A DNA stretch of 64,000 nucleotides from Lama glama (Eukaryota), in the NCBI GenBank assembly GCA_028534125.1, contig CM052816.1, positions 74,340,001-74,404,000 of the forward strand. The letters run 5' to 3'. The position numbers and the translations under genes are program-made. Shown one piece after another: positions 62,451-64,000 of this stretch. How positions within the stretch are numbered: the first letter of the stretch is position 1; each line of letters opens with the position of its first letter. The notes below the pieces were generated by a model that did not search any database, was not told the DNA's origin, and was given only the letters and a program-made list of their open reading frames with translations.

Positions 62451-64000
62451 CCAGGATGAATTAAGGGTATAGGTGAAACTGGGACTCATAAACTAATATG
62501 AGTCTGCAATGTATGATTTTTCACCAATTGCCTTCAGTAGCTGTAGCACTTACGTAAAACAAATATATGGTTGAGTTGATCTATATTTGAGGATTAGTAT
62601 ACTTTTTATTGCAGAATTGGTGAGGGAAACAAAAATGGTGTCTGAAGAGATGAGTGTTATCCTAAGCTAGAAAGAAAGGGGTGGGGTGGTTACTCTTTCA
62701 GCAACATTATTAAGAACCATAGTTGCATATATATAATACCTTTTCATGTACAAGTTAAATTAAAAAATTAAATTAATTACAATATAGTTTTGCATCTTTA
62801 CTTTGCCCTACTGTTTCACACCTAATATAACTAACATTTTTTGGTATATAACCAAAACTCTTATCCTGACAAGGGGTGATAGAGGAGTGGTGCTTGACAG
62901 TTTTCTATACTCACTCTTACTAACTTCTAAGTTTTTTAAGGAAAATAATATATACTTAGATCAGGAAAGAGCCAATGCTGGTATAGTGTGTGGTGAGGAT
63001 TCAAGATAGAGCCAGGATCTGTACCTAAGCCAGACATTAAAGGTGATCAGAGCTAAAATTAGACCAGGAGTAGGCATGGAGTCAGGCCTGGAATTGGAAA
63101 CCAGTGTGAGATAGAGGTCAGGATTTGAGTTCAGTGCCCAACTGGGATCAGGTACAGAGTTGAATGGCACTAGACCTAGATAACAATAATTCCAAGTTCT
63201 ATTATTCAGACCCTGTCAATGTTCATAGAATAACTTGCTGGGATATTGATTGGGATCACACTGAATCTATAGATGAAATTGGGAAAAACTGACATCTTGA
63301 CCATATTGACTCTTCCTACCCATGATCATGGACTATCTCTTTATATATTTTGTTCTCTGATTTACTTCATCAAAGTTGTGATTTCCTACTTTGAATAAGC
63401 AATTCTACTAAGACATCAGCCAAAAAACCCCAGGAATTCATATTGAAGGATGTTTATCACAGATTACTTAGGATAGCAAAAATTTGAAAATTTAAGTGTA
63501 TGTCTAAGTAAATACCCTTATGTCTAAAGAATAGTTCAATCAATTATCAATAATAAATTGAACAAAAGGTTTTTTTATTTTTGAGCAAACAAACATTTAA
63601 CAAAAGGGTTCAGAATCACTGAGAATCACTGATTATTGTTTGAAGAATTTTTATTGAACTTAGTGTTTCTATGCCTATGCCCAGTTTAATGTGCAGATGA
63701 GAATTCTTAAAGTTGACACATTTCAGCCCCCAAATCCCTTAATGATGGAATCATTTCTAAACATTCATTTGAAAATAGTCTTGCTATAGATTAATTTTTG
63801 GCCCAAAGCAGTTACTTGGTCATCATGGGCTAACATTTCATTAGGTATGATAGATTTTCATTCTTTTTAACTTTTTAATATGTCTGATGAACTTGTACAA
63901 GGGTAGAGCCGACAGCTCTGCTACTTTCTTATTGTTGACTTGTGTTGGTACTATTAATATTATTGTCAATCATGTTTCATTTATTAAAGTTACTGTATTT

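Noticed and set aside
63008..63180. Weakly periodic purine-rich stretch
   Set aside because: I could not define a consistent repeat unit or coding signal by eye.

Overview
Mammalian genomic DNA with a 500-N assembly gap at 30042-30541. It is probably a camelid: the L1 3' ends look camelid-type and I saw no Bov-A, PRE-1 or CAN SINEs (inference). The window holds the complete selenoprotein P gene (SELENOP, + strand). This comprises a promoter with HNF4-type DR1, FoxO and TATA elements at about 39.3-39.4 kb, a non-coding exon 1, and four coding exons (41677-47360) that give a 390-codon protein with 14 in-frame UGA (selenocysteine) codons, followed by two SECIS elements and poly(A) signals. The ORF track misses most of the gene because it treats UGA as stop. 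Tail-to-tail on the - strand are the last five coding exons of CCDC152, whose stop codon lies only about 130 bp from the SELENOP poly(A) signals. Its 3' UTR therefore probably runs antisense across the SECIS elements. The most unusual items are: (1) a tandem duplicate of the penultimate CCDC152 exon that keeps both splice sites but has an in-frame TAG, a candidate poison exon or coding/non-coding switch; (2) a 27-nt in-frame duplication in the last CCDC152 exon; (3) a young CpG-rich solo LTR carrying an HNF4-type site nearly identical to the one in the SELENOP promoter; (4) an mRNA hairpin downstream of the first UGA that can form only after splicing. The first 39 kb is mostly transposon-derived (L1, L2, MIR, MER, LTR) with no recognisable protein gene. 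Repeat family names and human/rodent comparisons come from memory, not from a search.
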